Assembly (NCBI RefSeq): GCF_006345805.1
Contig: NC_043003.1
Location: forward strand, 108,996,001-109,060,000
Length of the DNA: 64,000 nucleotides
Reading direction: 5' to 3'
Origin: Octopus sinensis
Taxonomy: Eukaryota
Shown: positions 13,131 through 26,387 of the stretch, piece by piece
Numbering within the stretch: position 1 is the stretch's first letter
Layout of the letters: each line of letters opens with the position of its first letter
The notes under the pieces: generated by a model
Databases searched by the model: none
Told to the model about the DNA's origin: nothing
Seen by the model: only the letters and a program-made list of their open reading frames with translations
Translations under genes and position numbers: made by a program

Positions 13131-13265
13131 ATTCTAAACGATTGATACGGAAGACAGAGTGTACTGGAAACTTCATTTATCACAACAATCGTCCGCCGCC
13201 GAAACGATCGTAGTGATCAATAAAGTTTCCAACACACTCCGTCTTCCGTATCAATCGTTTAGAAT
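13131..13265. repeat. 62-bp inverted repeat (55/62 match, 11-nt loop) containing a hammerhead 3' half
   Basis: Arms 13131-13192 and 13204-13265; GAAACGATCGTA-GTGAT at 13201-13217. Confidence 0.85.
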
Positions 13266-13334
13266 ATATATATTTATATATATATATATAAACTTATTTG
13301 GAAATAGATGCGTAGCGTTCAATCATATAATCTC

Positions 13335-13743
13335 TCTTTTACTCTTTTACTTGTTTCAGTCATATGACTGCGGCCATGCTGGAGCACCGCCTCTAGTCGA
13401 GCAACTCGACCCCGGGACTTATTCTTTTTGTAAGCCCAGTACTTATTCTATCGGTCTCTCTTTGCCGAACCGCTAAGTGACGGGGACGCAAACACACCAG
13501 CATCGGTTGTCAGCAATGCTAGGGGAACAAACACAGACACACAAACACACACACATACATATATATATATATACATATACATATATGACAGGCTTCTTTC
13601 AGTTTCCGTCTACCAAATCCACTCACAAGGCATTGGTCGGCCCGGGGCTATAGCAGAAGACACTTGCCCAAGATGCCACGCAGTGGGATTGAACCCGGAA
13701 ACATGTGGTTGGTTAGCAAGCTACTTACCACAACAGCCACTCC
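13335..13743 (-). mobile_element. SINE family 1, full length
   Basis: Reverse complement of the family 1 sequence. Confidence 0.9.
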
Positions 13744-13800
13744 TGTATAATATATATGTATATATGTATGTATACACCCACACACACACACATATATATA

Positions 13801-13840
<40 letters not shown>

Positions 13841-14074
13841 TTCAGTAAAAATTAGATTTAGTTGAATACGGTATTTAAGTTAAAGTCACCAGAATTTGGT
13901 ATGGTATTATCCATATAAAACAAAATGAGTGATTATAATCAAAATAAGCAATAGGATATCCAAAGATAATTAAATGAAGTCGCAGAAACGATTGTACTGT
14001 ACTGTCTTTGGATATATATATTGCTTATTTTGATTATATATATATATATATGCATATATACATACATATATGTA

Positions 14075-14510
14075 CGGGTAGAGGACGTTACAAAACGTAA
14101 ACAACATAAATTACGAAATACAAAAATAACATGAGATACGAAGGTAAATTGGGTGTACGAACAACAAGAGAAACAAATGGGAAACAGGACAAGTAACATA
14201 AAGAACGACCCTTCATCAGTTGTCGGCTGTCCATCAACTCCACATTCCGAGCAATTAACGACAATATGAGGCTTCGAAAAACAATTGCTCCCGTGAACCA
14301 AAATAATATTTGGGATTTGGGGAGGGTCAACGTAACAAAAGCAGGACAGTGGAAACATATAACAAGCCAAACGAAAACAAACATGGAGGGCTGTTAGGGC
14401 AGACGAGGTAAGGTGGCGAACGCTGGAGGAATATTCTTTGGCAAAAGAAAAGATAGGAGACACATAAGAATGCGTCTGGTCTGTGCGACAGACCAAAGGA
14501 AAAGAAAGGT
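14075..14510 (-). repeat. Unclassified non-coding repeat, PLE-tail-like
   Basis: Minus-strand GACAACTGATGAAGGG followed by a T-rich tail ending at a microsatellite. Confidence 0.4.
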
Positions 14511-14516
14511 GTTCAC

Positions 14517-14771
14517 GTGAGGACGTAAACACACCAGCATCGGTTGTCAAGCGATGTTGGGGGGACAAACACAGCAGACTCACACAAACACACACACATA
14601 CATATACATATATACGACAGGCTTCTTTCAGTTTCCGGCTCCCAAATCCACTCACAAGGCTTTGGTCGGCCCAAGGCTATAGTAGAAGACACTTGCCTAA
14701 AGTGCCACGCAGTGGGACTGAACCCAGAACCATGTGATTGGTAAGCAAGCTACTTACCACGCAGCCACTCC
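14517..14771 (-). mobile_element. SINE family 1, 3'-truncated
   Basis: Head and core present, tail absent. Confidence 0.85.
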
Positions 14772-14774
14772 TGC

Positions 14775-14821
<47 letters not shown>

Positions 14822-15627
14822 GCATGTATTTACGTACGTATGTATATGAATTAAGGTGTTTTGAATTCCAGTATACGTGTGTATAGATAAAGGAATAAAG
14901 AGAAAACCATGTGGATTAAATGTGTCGATTTATTCGACCTGTTAAAGAGCATCAACACGGCAAAGTTGTTGGAAATACATGTTGAATGATACTGTCAGAA
15001 AAAATACACATGGTTTCCCATGTTGTTGGTATACGGTGATGTAATGCAGTGTAGAAGAGGAAAACAAATGCGAGATATTCCTTACGCTGGAAGAGAGGCA
15101 CAGACGAAGAGAGGCACAGGCATAGAAAACTCCCTGCAGAATAAACTTCCACTCTGCCAAGATCGAGATCCGAACTCGATCGCGTCTTCCCATCTCACTA
15201 AAGAACGGTGGGAAGATTTCACTTTATAAAGCTCATGGTGGGCTCCAGTGAAAAAACGCAATTTTCCCCTCGGCTGGTCTATCACATGATGGGGGTGGAT
15301 AGGTTGCGTGAAGCTAGAAGGACTAGATCGATGTATACGCCATCACGTGACTACTTGTAGAAAACAAGCGTTTTGAGATGAGCGAAACTGTGGGTATTTA
15401 ATGCTGGACAAGAAAACCAAACACATGTACTTGCTACACACACACACACACACACAGACACACACACCAAGTTATTGTTACATTTAATAGGTGACTAAAC
15501 TCTTAACGCAGTGAGGATGAGACGAGGTGGATTTGTACAAACGAACGGACGGCCGCCATCACAGCATCCAATAGCAAACAACCACAGCAGGAACGACATC
15601 AGCAACAGCAGCAGTTACAACAGTAGT

Positions 15628-15628
<1 letters not shown>

Positions 15629-15676
<48 letters not shown>

Positions 15677-15771
15677 CCACCACCATCATCATCATCATCA
15701 TCATCATCACCACCACCACCATCATCATCATCATCACCACCACCATCATCATCATCATCATCATCATCACC

Positions 15772-15820
<49 letters not shown>

Positions 15821-15840
15821 ACAACAACAACAACAACAAC
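15629..15840. repeat. Compound trinucleotide repeat (ATC)n/(ACC)n/(AAC)n
   Basis: Direct reading. Confidence 0.95.
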
Positions 15841-16031
15841 AGCACGCAAACCAATAAACAAATGTAAAAGTGATATTAAATACGAAGAGAGGCCAATCTA
15901 AGAGAGGTCGACCGTTTCGCTTCCCCCCATTTCTGTGTCTAATACCATCCACTCAATGGTAACTGCTGTTGGAACGAGAAACAATGTCGAAAAGCGAACA
16001 ATTTAAAATACAAAAATAAAACAACCATCAA

Positions 16032-16072
<41 letters not shown>

Positions 16073-16232
16073 CGCAAATAAAACATCTCATAATAACAAT
16101 GCTGTTGTTCTTGCCTAAAGATGATTATAAAGAGTTGTATGAAACATGTCCAAATAAAATTAACCAGATTACGCAGAGGCAAACATCTTTTGCCTTTCGT
16201 TCTTTTATTTAGTTTCTCCCAAATATAATGTC

Positions 16233-16234
<2 letters not shown>

Positions 16235-16286
<52 letters not shown>

Positions 16287-16306
16287 TATATAAGTATATA
16301 TATAAG

Positions 16307-16356
<50 letters not shown>

Positions 16357-16738
16357 TATATATATATAATATATATCTATATATATATATATAATATATA
16401 TATATATAAGTATATATATAAGTATATATATATATATATATATATATATCTATATATATATATATAATATATATATATAAGTATATATATAAGTATAGAT
16501 ATTATATATATATAGATATATATATCTATATATATATATATATAGTATAATATATGTATGTATGTATGTATATGTATAAGTATAGATATGTATATATATA
16601 CGTATATATATATATGTATATGTATATATATGTATATATATATGTGTATGTATATATAATGTATATATATATGTGTGTGTGTATATGTATGTAGTATATA
16701 TGCATATATGTACGTGTATGTATATATTTTATATATAC

Positions 16739-16769
<31 letters not shown>

Positions 16770-16842
16770 CATACATACACACATATACATTCATCAATGC
16801 ATCCATCCATCCATACACACACACACATGCATATATAATAAA

Positions 16843-16885
<43 letters not shown>

Positions 16886-16895
16886 TATATATATT
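16235..16895. repeat. ~660-bp (TA)n-dominated microsatellite
   Basis: Direct reading. Confidence 0.95.
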
Positions 16896-17333
16896 CGGTA
16901 ATGGGAGACCGATCTCATCAGACCAAGTCCTTACTAAGTAGATGACACATTTAAACGTCTAAATGCAGAGAAAAAAATTACATAAAAATAAAATAATGAA
17001 AAAAAAAGAAGAAAAAATATTTGTTAATTTCTTCTTCAAATGCATGGTTCGGAAAAAATCCATTAGTGATAACTGATAGTATATTTAATTACTAATCCTC
17101 AGGTTGGCAATCAATCTTCGGATGCCTGATTGAAAACCAGTAAAATCAGTGATCTTATGGAATATCAATTAGATAGATAACTAAATAGAGGTGGAGATAA
17201 TGAGAGGGTATAAGTGTATGTAAGAGAAATTATTAGAAAAAGACCCCATCTCCCCCCCCCCCGCTTTCTCTTTTATTTTTCCGGGTATTTCGCGTAATTA
17301 ACGTTAAATCTCACCATGCAACAACTGCACGTG

Positions 17334-18187
17334 CTTGCCAATGGTTATCCATCGAATTCCAGTTTGAAGGCTGTCTTCTTTAATTGCGAATTCTTTGATG
17401 ATTCTATCTTTTATATTAATTGTGAATTCTTAAAGAGCTTTGGTAAAGGAGGATGTAACTGCGTGGACGATCGGGTAGTTGCGACTGTTACCAACTATAT
17501 CGGTTTCAAATTCTGGCTCAAGACCAGTAAGTTCGGGAAGGTGATAAGTCAATTACATCGACCCCGGTGCGCGGCTGGTGCTTATTATATCGACCTTCGA
17601 AAGGATGAAAGGCAAAGTCGAGATCTGCGGAGTTTGAACTCAGAACGTAAAGACGGACGAAATGCCAACCATTCCGCCGGCTCACCTCCTTACTGTTACC
17701 AACTATGTCACTGCACCTTACCAGAAACTAACAGAAATAACAATATTTCGTCGTCGTAAATATGTATGATACCTTACACCGATCTCGACCGCCACAAAAA
17801 CAATGACCGCCTCTTGCGATCCTGCGTCTTTGCGGTCATTTGATCTGCAAAATTGGCATTTCGTCCGTCTTTGCGTTCTGAGTTCAAACTCCGCAGATCT
17901 CGACTTTGCCTTTCATCCTTTCGAAGGTCGATAATATAAGCACCAGTTGCGCACCGGGGTCGATGTAATTGACTTATCATCTTCCCGAACTTACTGCTCT
18001 TGAGCCAAAATTTGAAACCGATATAGTTGGTAACAGTCGCGACTACCCGATCGTCCACGCAGTTACATCCTCCTTTACCAAAGCTCTTTAAGAATTCACA
18101 ATTAATATAAAAGATAGAATCATCAAAGAATTCGCAATTAAAGAAGACAGCCTTCAAACTGGAATTCGATGGAAAACCTTTGGCAAG
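17334..18187. repeat. 335-bp inverted duplication (arms 17334-17668 and 17853-18187) including a SINE family 2 fragment
   Basis: 11 mismatches counted over 335 bp; mirrored ORFs 17316-17759(+) and 17774-18157(-). Confidence 0.95.
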
Positions 18188-18828
18188 TTACTTCAATCTG
18201 CCCCTCTGTCTTGGCCTTTTCAGATCTGGGCCCCTGTGTCTAACTTTTGTTTCCACCTGGGCACCTGAGCCAAAAATAAATAGCTGCATATACAGCTCAA
18301 GAGTAATGATTGCAGGTAAACTAAAAGACAGAATCTGCTGCCTCTTTTTCTATGTTTTTTTTTATTACTGCTTTATTGGGAATCCAGCAGAGATGATGTT
18401 TAACCGATTCCCACTACAGCGGGAATACAGAGTGACAGGGTTAACAAAAGCAAAAGAAGTTCCATTAGGTAACGCAGTCTGAAAAAACACAGGTAGGTTA
18501 TGAATGTAACGTCTTTGATCAAACGCAGCTCGTAAAACTTTTTAAGCATGGCACTGCGAATATATTTACACTCAGCATATACATGTAGGTCGGAGAATGA
18601 GAGTTGGGAGAGAGTATTTGCTCATATAGCGAATCTGTGATCAAGGATTTCTGGTGTTCCTTAATTGGCCCTAAGTGGTGTTCTCTTCTCAGAGGTCTAT
18701 ATTATCTTACTGTGTATTCTATATATTTCATCTTTTTTTGTTTCAGCTGATTTCTTAATAAACTCTTAGAGACCTTTGAAGCTATTCACTGGAATGACTC
18801 CCTCATACTAATTTGTTGCGGAAAATAA

Positions 18829-19010
18829 GGTGGCGAGTTGGCAAAATTGTTAGCGCATTGGGCAAAATGCTTAGCAATATTTCGTCCGTTTTCACGTTCT
18901 GAGTTCAAATTCCGCCGAGGTTGACTTTGCCTTTCATTTTCGGGGTCGATAAATCAAGTACCAGTTGAACACCTGGGTTGATGTAATCGACTTATCCCCC
19001 CACCCAAATT
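18829..19010 (+). mobile_element. SINE family 2
   Basis: GGTGGCGAGTTGGCA head, GAGTTCAAATTCCGCCGAGG, GCCTTTCAT..GGGGTCGATAAA core. Confidence 0.85.
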
Positions 19011-19015
19011 CTTCT

Positions 19016-19047
<32 letters not shown>

Positions 19048-19367
19048 TTCTCATTTATCATTTATGGTTTGCTTTCATTATGACTTTATTTCAGCTGCCT
19101 TGCTACTCTTGACATCCTCTGGAGGCCAAGACTAGCAAGGGCACTTTTGTTTTGTTATTCATGCTAAAATTATCTCCACATTTATTCCATTTTAGATGGA
19201 GAGTGCTTTCCCTAGTATACAGGGGCTGTACCCATCAAGGTTATCTTTTGTAGTTCACGGAGATTGGTGTTACTACTAGTGAGTTGCTTAATGTACTTCT
19301 CAGCTCCCTTCTTTATCATTCCCAAAACACCAATCACTACTGGTATTATCATAGTACTAAGCTTCCA

Positions 19368-19545
19368 GGCTGCTAGCTGGCAGAATCGTTAGCGCACCGG
19401 GAAAAATGATGAGCGGCATTTTGTCGACTTCACGTTTTGAGTTCAAATTCTGCTTTGCTTTTCATCCTTTCGGAGTCGATAAAATAAGTACCAGTTGAAC
19501 AATGGGGTCGATATAATCAACTAGTCCCCTTCCCCCAAATCTCAC
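19368..19545 (+). mobile_element. SINE family 2
   Basis: As 18829-19010, more diverged. Confidence 0.8.
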
Positions 19546-19594
19546 TCGAAATTATTATTACTATAACTATTATTTTTATTGCTGTTGTTATTAA

Positions 19595-19810
19595 GGCGGT
19601 GCTTTGGCAAAATCGTTAAGCACGTCGGCAAAATGCTTAGCGGCATTTCGTTCGTCCTTACGTTCTGAGTTCAAATTCCGCCGAGGTCGATCTTGCCTTT
19701 CATCCTTTCGGGGTCGATGAAATAAGTACCAGTTACGCACTGATGTCGATGTAATCGACTTGCCTCCTCCCACCAAATTTCAACCCTGTGCTTATAATAG
19801 AATGGATTAT
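19595..19810 (+). mobile_element. SINE family 2, tail interrupted by a CR1 LINE
   Basis: As above; LINE sequence begins at 19811. Confidence 0.85.
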
Positions 19811-20664
19811 GCTTGACCAACTTACTGGTAATGGAAGAATTGGTGACGCGCATCCTCGATGATGGTGATGCTGTTGACATCGTTTTATTGGACTTTGCCA
19901 AAGCTTTTGACTCGGTAAACCACCGCCTAATACTTGTCAAGCTTCAAGCATATAGTTTCCATCCGGATATTGTACGATGGGTTGGTGCCTTCCTCTCAGA
20001 TCGCTCCTTCCAAGTCCAAGTTAATGGTTCGCTGTCCGACGTCTCCAGTGCGAGCAGTGGCGTGCCTCAAGGTTCAGTGCTTGGGCCCTTATTGTTCTTA
20101 GTCTTCATAAATGACTACAGCTCTATGTCACGCTGGTGAGACCCATATTGGAGTACGGGATTCAAGCCTCTTCTCCTTATCTCCTCAAAGACATACATCA
20201 TCTCGAAAGAGTCCAGATGCTGGCTACCCCCATGGTTCTTGGTCTCAAGTATTTGTCTTATGAAGAAAGGCTGAAGACGTTCGACCTTTATTCTCTAGAA
20301 AAACGACGACGCCATGGTGATTCCATTCTCGCTCACAACATCATAAGCGGAAAGTGTAACCTCTCGAAAGAGCTGTTCTTCACTCCTGCTCCAGAACGTC
20401 GGCTGCGGGGTCACTCCGAAAAGCTCTATCTGCGACGATTTCATCTCAATCGAAAGAGAGGGGCTTTCTCCGTCCGGGATGCAGATCCGTGGAATAAGCT
20501 GCCGGACGAGATAGTGAAGATGCCGACGACCGCTCAGTTCAAAGTCTCCCTTGACCACAAATGGCCTGAACTCTTTGAATGAACACCACCCTGTACATAA
20601 CTCCATGTCCCCTTACATGGCCTTGCTTTTTGCTTTTTGAGCCAAAAAATTAACTTAACTTAAC
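19811..20664 (+). mobile_element. 5'-truncated CR1-type LINE with internal deletion
   Basis: LDFAKAFDSVNH, SGVPQGSVLGPLLFLVFIND fused directly to LYVTLVRPILEY...LSYEERL..LEKRR..GD...WNKLP; stop, 3'UTR and (TTAAC)n tail. Confidence 0.92.
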
Positions 20665-21289
20665 TTATTATTATAAGTAGTTTCAGACAAATTTCTACTA
20701 CAAATTTCCCAAAATTTAAAGGTCAAAATCCCTAGTGCGTACTATATACGAGGTTAGAAAGGAAAAATATTTTCTAAGCAATGTCCGAGTTTCTATTTGC
20801 TGTCCGGCAATGTTTATTCAGACGTATTTTGTGATGTTGGACGCGAAAATACCTTAAGTTAAGCCTGAAAGCAATGAAGTCATAAAAGAATCGTCCATAA
20901 CTTGCAGTAAGCAACATTTATTAAACGTTATTACTGTTATTTCTTTATTTTCTGCAAACAAAATACACAAAAAAGCTACACGTTTGCATTATGTTATATA
21001 TACAATAATAATAAAGGAGGTTACCGTATACATTTTTACAAATCAAGGACGTTATATAGACCTCTTGAGTCAAGTTAGAGAAGATTATACACAAGATTTA
21101 GGTTTTTCAGAGGTACAGCCCCCTAAAAATCCCCTGCGTATTATACTCAGGGGCAGACTATACTCGAGGATTTACCGTATATTCCTTATTCTGCTGGTAG
21201 CTGTCTTCTATTTCTTTTCCCTTCTAATATTTCGCCTATTTTCTTCACATTCTTGATGTTCTTGTTCTGATCCTTCTCTGTACACGTCG

Positions 21290-22064
21290 ACATTCTTCTT
21301 CTTTTTCTTCTTCTTCTTTTTCTTCTTCTTCTTCTTCTTCTTCTTCTTCTTCTTCTTCTTCTTCTTCTTCTTCTTCTTCTTCTTCACCCCTCCTCCTCCT
21401 CTCATCTTCTCCCTCTTCCAACTCTTTTTCGTCTCCTCCTCCTCTTCCTCCCTCCTCCTCCTCTTCCTCCCTCCTCCTCCTTTTCTTCTTTTCATCTGCT
21501 CCACAGGTTCGCACTTTAATCACACACTCCCCTCTCCCCCCCTCCACACAGACTGAGTTATCTGTAATTGATAAATTCTGCATTTGAACTTGATTCCTTA
21601 TCTTTAAATGTTTACTCCAGTCTATAAACACGCGTAAATGTATATATATCGTATGCACAAGCACACAGTCAATAAACAGGATAGGTTTGATACATAATAC
21701 TTGCATGTGGACATACAAGCATGCGTTGTTACATAACTATACGCCTACATAATACATTCATGGATAATGCATGCGTACATGCCTTCATACAGATGTGCAT
21801 GGATGTATATATATATATGGGTGTATACAACGCTTGTATACATGCATATATACATATGAATGTACACACGTATCTATATATTTATACATATATATATTTG
21901 TACACGCACGCGCGCGCGAACAAACATATCTAAAACATCTACTCATACATATATTCATGTATATATGCATGCGTACATATATTTATGTATGCATGCGTAT
22001 ATGTATGCTTCTGTGCGCGTATGTATGTATGTAAGTATGTATGTATGTATGTGTATGTGTGTGC

Positions 22065-22112
<48 letters not shown>

Positions 22113-22294
22113 GCCTGCCTGTCTGTCTATATAAATAGATAGATAGATATATTGAGAGATACACACACACATATATGCATATACTCATGAATGTATGAAC
22201 ATCTGCATACGCAAATACAACATACTTACGCATGCATATATCGATATATATATGTGTGTGTGTGTGTGTATATATATGTGTGTGTGTATATATA

Positions 22295-22359
<65 letters not shown>

Positions 22360-22587
22360 GCATACATATGTACGTATGTATCTATATACATATACATAAA
22401 TACATATACATACACATACATGCAGTCACACATACGCAGACATAGACATACATACATACACGCCCATATACTCATACGCGCGCACGCGCACAGACACAGA
22501 TAGGCAAATACACACACACACATTCACACACACACACAGACACACACACAACACACACACACACACACACACAGACACATACACACA

Positions 22588-22633
<46 letters not shown>

Positions 22634-22948
22634 TATACTCAAATGTTCATGAATGCATAAATATTCTGTTTTGCAAGAATTCGAAGAATTACGACCCTCG
22701 CTGACTCGCAGAACCATTCGGAACCATCCTTTTACACATTATCTTTACTCGCTACATCAATTGTATCGATAGAAATTAACTCTACAAATGTCAATAATTA
22801 AGTCATAAACCACGCGGCAAAGTTAATTAATTCTATAGGATTACGTGAAATTAAAGGAAATTATGGAATTATCTGAAATTATATGAAAATACATTTGGTC
22901 TTGGTGAGAGTGAAACTCCGCTGTTAGAACTCCGAGATACGGAAACAG

Positions 22949-22983
<35 letters not shown>

Positions 22984-23500
22984 TGTGTGTGAAATACATT
23001 CATATATACATATTATATACACACAAATATTTACATACATACATACGTACGTACGTACATATATACATACATACATACATACATACACACATACACACAC
23101 ACATACACACACATACACACATACATAAATACATACACACACATACACACACACTCATACATACATACATACATACATACATACATACATACACACACAC
23201 ATACACACACTCATACATACATACATACATGCATACATACATACATACATACATACACACATACACACACACATACATAAATACATACACACACACATAC
23301 ACACACACACATACATACATACATAAATACATACACACACACATACACACACACATACATACATACATACATAGATTCATACATACATACACACACACAT
23401 ACACACACTCATACATAAATACATACACACACACACACACCACACACATACACACATACATAAATACATACACACACATACATACATACATAGATAGATA
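21290..23500. repeat. Microsatellite-dominated block: (CTT)n/(CCT)n, (TA/TG/CA)n, (TACA)n
   Basis: Direct reading, with short unique interludes. Confidence 0.9.
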
Positions 23501-23794
23501 GGATGAGGAAGGAAAAGTGGTGGGGAGTGAAGGAAGTGAAGCTGGTTCGAGCGAATCAAAGCATTTCCAAGTCGCCTACTGAGATTCCATCATCCCCCTC
23601 ACACCCCCCCCCTTATTTCCATTTGGGCAGCTGTGATTTCAACTTCACTGACGGACTTTTCTTATTAATGTTGTTGATTATTGCTTTATTTAGTGTGATT
23701 TGCAGGATTTGCGACTTCCCTATTATATTTTTTGTATATATACATGTTAGTCTCCCAGGAATATAAAATTCGTGCATATATATATATGTATATA

Positions 23795-24200
23795 TATTTC
23801 TTCATTCCCCACAGGAAGCTACGCATAGAGGGGACAAACAAAGGGATTAAGTCGATTACATCGACTCCAGTACGTAACTGGTACTTATTTAATCGACCCC
23901 AAAAAGATGAAAAGCAAAGTCGACCTCAGCGGAATTTGAACTCAGAACGTAACGGAAAACGAAATACCTATTTCTTTACCACCCACAAGGGGCTACCCAC
24001 AGAGGGGACAAACAAGGACAGACAAACGGATTGAGTCGATAACATCGACCCCAGTACGTAACTGGTACTTAATTTATCGACCCCGAAAGGATGAAAGGCA
24101 AAGTCGACCTCGGCAGAATTTGAACTCGGAACGTAACGGCAAACGAAATACCACTAAGTATTTCGCCCGGCGTGCTAATGTATCTGCCAGCTCGCCGCCC
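23795..24200 (-). mobile_element. SINE family 2, head-to-tail dimer
   Basis: One head at 24200 followed by two body+tail units. Confidence 0.85.
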
Positions 24201-24912
24201 TATACATATATATGCGAGCGAGTTTGTGTGTGTGTGTGTGTGCGTGTGTGTGTGTGTGTGTATGTGTGTGTGTGTGTTTGTGTAGCGGGGTGGCGTCATT
24301 TGAAGGCTAAGACAATGCGAAGCGCATTGTGACCAGCGATGTGTAACATCATCTGATGGTCTGGTCGGTCACGGTGATCACGGTGATATATATATATATA
24401 TATATATATATAAACATAGTAAAAAGGGTAATAAAAATAAATTGTTATTACCAGCGACCTAGCACAAAACACGAATTAGTCATTAGACTATGCGTTATTC
24501 ATATATAAATACATTAAAAGGCCTCCAAATAAGGAAGCGAGTGCTAGAATTTATTTTTATTACCCTATTTACAATGTTTAAATATTGCTCGATAAATTTG
24601 CTCGTAAATTTTTACCGGCATTCTCTCTGTTCGCCGGGTATAATTTGCGTCTGCGCACTGGTCTGAAAAGTTAGGGCATACAGGTCGTTTGATTTGCACG
24701 TGCTTCCAACGATATGTACAGCTCGGATTACAAAGGCTTCCTGCTGACGATTCTGGCCTTGGCAGATAAATTCTATTCATTTGCTAAAAAAAAGATGAAA
24801 CTGCAGTACAGGATTAGATGAGATGGTAAACGTTTTTAATTTTCTTTCCAGTTCATGAATTTATCCCCTTTTTGTGTATCTAGCATTCGCTTCTTTATTT
24901 GGAGGCCCTTTA

Positions 24913-24965
<53 letters not shown>

Positions 24966-25081
24966 TATATGTATGTGTATGTGTATGTATGTATGTACGC
25001 ATGTATGTATGTATGTTGTATGTATGTATGTATGCATGTATGTATGTATGTATGTATGTATGTATGTATGTATATATATAT

Positions 25082-25119
<38 letters not shown>

Positions 25120-25129
25120 CTCACACTAA

Positions 25130-25390
25130 AATATTCTCTAACCTCCTACTAAAAACCATTTTCCACCAAACACAAATACTGCAAATTTCTCAATAGAAAG
25201 AAAAACGAAGAATTATCTTACTCCACCACAATCTACTTCCTACAAATATTAGAAAGCATAAACAATCAAGTACTTTCTACACGAAATACCAATCAGCGTA
25301 CATGCAATTGCGCCAGCCTGAATACATGTCTTTTAGTTGGTAAATGCTTAGCGAAAGAACTAGCCTACTCCGCCACCATCAACACTAACT
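25130..25390 (+). mobile_element. Penelope-like element relic (RT to GIY-YIG linker)
   Basis: HKYCKFLNRK..LSYSTT..LQILESINNQVL..TCNCASLNTCLLVGKCLAKELAYSATI resembles the PLE Cys-rich linker. Confidence 0.65.
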
Positions 25391-26280
25391 CCTCGAATCT
25401 AATTGTCTCACTGTTATATACTTGCCTTACTGCTTATACATTCGAAAGTGTATATTATAAACACATACACTCATTCCGCATTTACAGGAAAAAGATATGA
25501 TGCCACCTTATCACAACGCGCCAAGCCATTACTAGAAAATATACATACATACATACATACATACATACATACATACATACATACATACATACATACATAC
25601 GTACATACGTACATACATACATACATACATGTGTACATATTTAAAAAAATAAATAGAAATGGCTTTTCAGACAATTTTCGAAATAATAATGATATCTTTA
25701 TACATTATTTGGTGTTTACACACACACCACACACGCGCGCGCGCGCGCGCGCATACACACGCCCACGTGCATGTATATATAGATATTTGTTCTATAATTA
25801 AGGTTGAGTTGCTCCCAAATAACAAGCTCGTTAGCCGTTTAATTATAGTGGATTATTTAGTTTCTTTGTAGCTAGGACGTGTTATTAGTTATTTTTTAAA
25901 CTATAGATGTGTATATATGTACATATATATATATTTATATATATAATCTTTTGATTTAAGTTAATTCTGTTTCTCTTTGTATTTTATAGTTTCACTTTTA
26001 ATAAGCAATTTATTTGGTTAATATATTTTATAGTATTGAATTTGTTTCATAGATATTGATTAAAGTTATCCTTTTCCTTGTACATTGTTCGAGGACGTTG
26101 TTTACCAGATGTTCTGTCCATTCGTCTCTTTTAGGTTTGTTTTTGGTTTGTGACATCATGTTCGCGATTGGAAGTTAATTGAGAAGGAAAGTAATTAATG
26201 GTCTCTGCTTCTTGTAGAATCTGAAAGATTATGCTTAGATTATGGTTAGATATTGGTGTCTAGATTTGGGAGATCCTGCG

Positions 26281-26324
<44 letters not shown>

Positions 26325-26387
26325 ACAGACACACACACGCACACACACGCACACACGCACGCACATGTATATATCTATGTATATACA

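Noticed and set aside
14205-14230. Minus-strand CUGAUGAAGGG in a PLE-tail-like repeat
   Set aside because: No downstream GAAA and no closing stems.
16895-16925. Minus-strand CUGAUGA followed by ...CCGAA at a (TA)n edge
   Set aside because: GAAAC, stem III and stem I 3' strand are absent; at most a truncated HHR 5' half.
17990-18040. GAAAC-CGAU(AUA)GUUG-GUA stem III-like motif in the inverted repeat arm
   Set aside because: Upstream core reads CUCUUGA or GUCUUGA, not CUGANGA.
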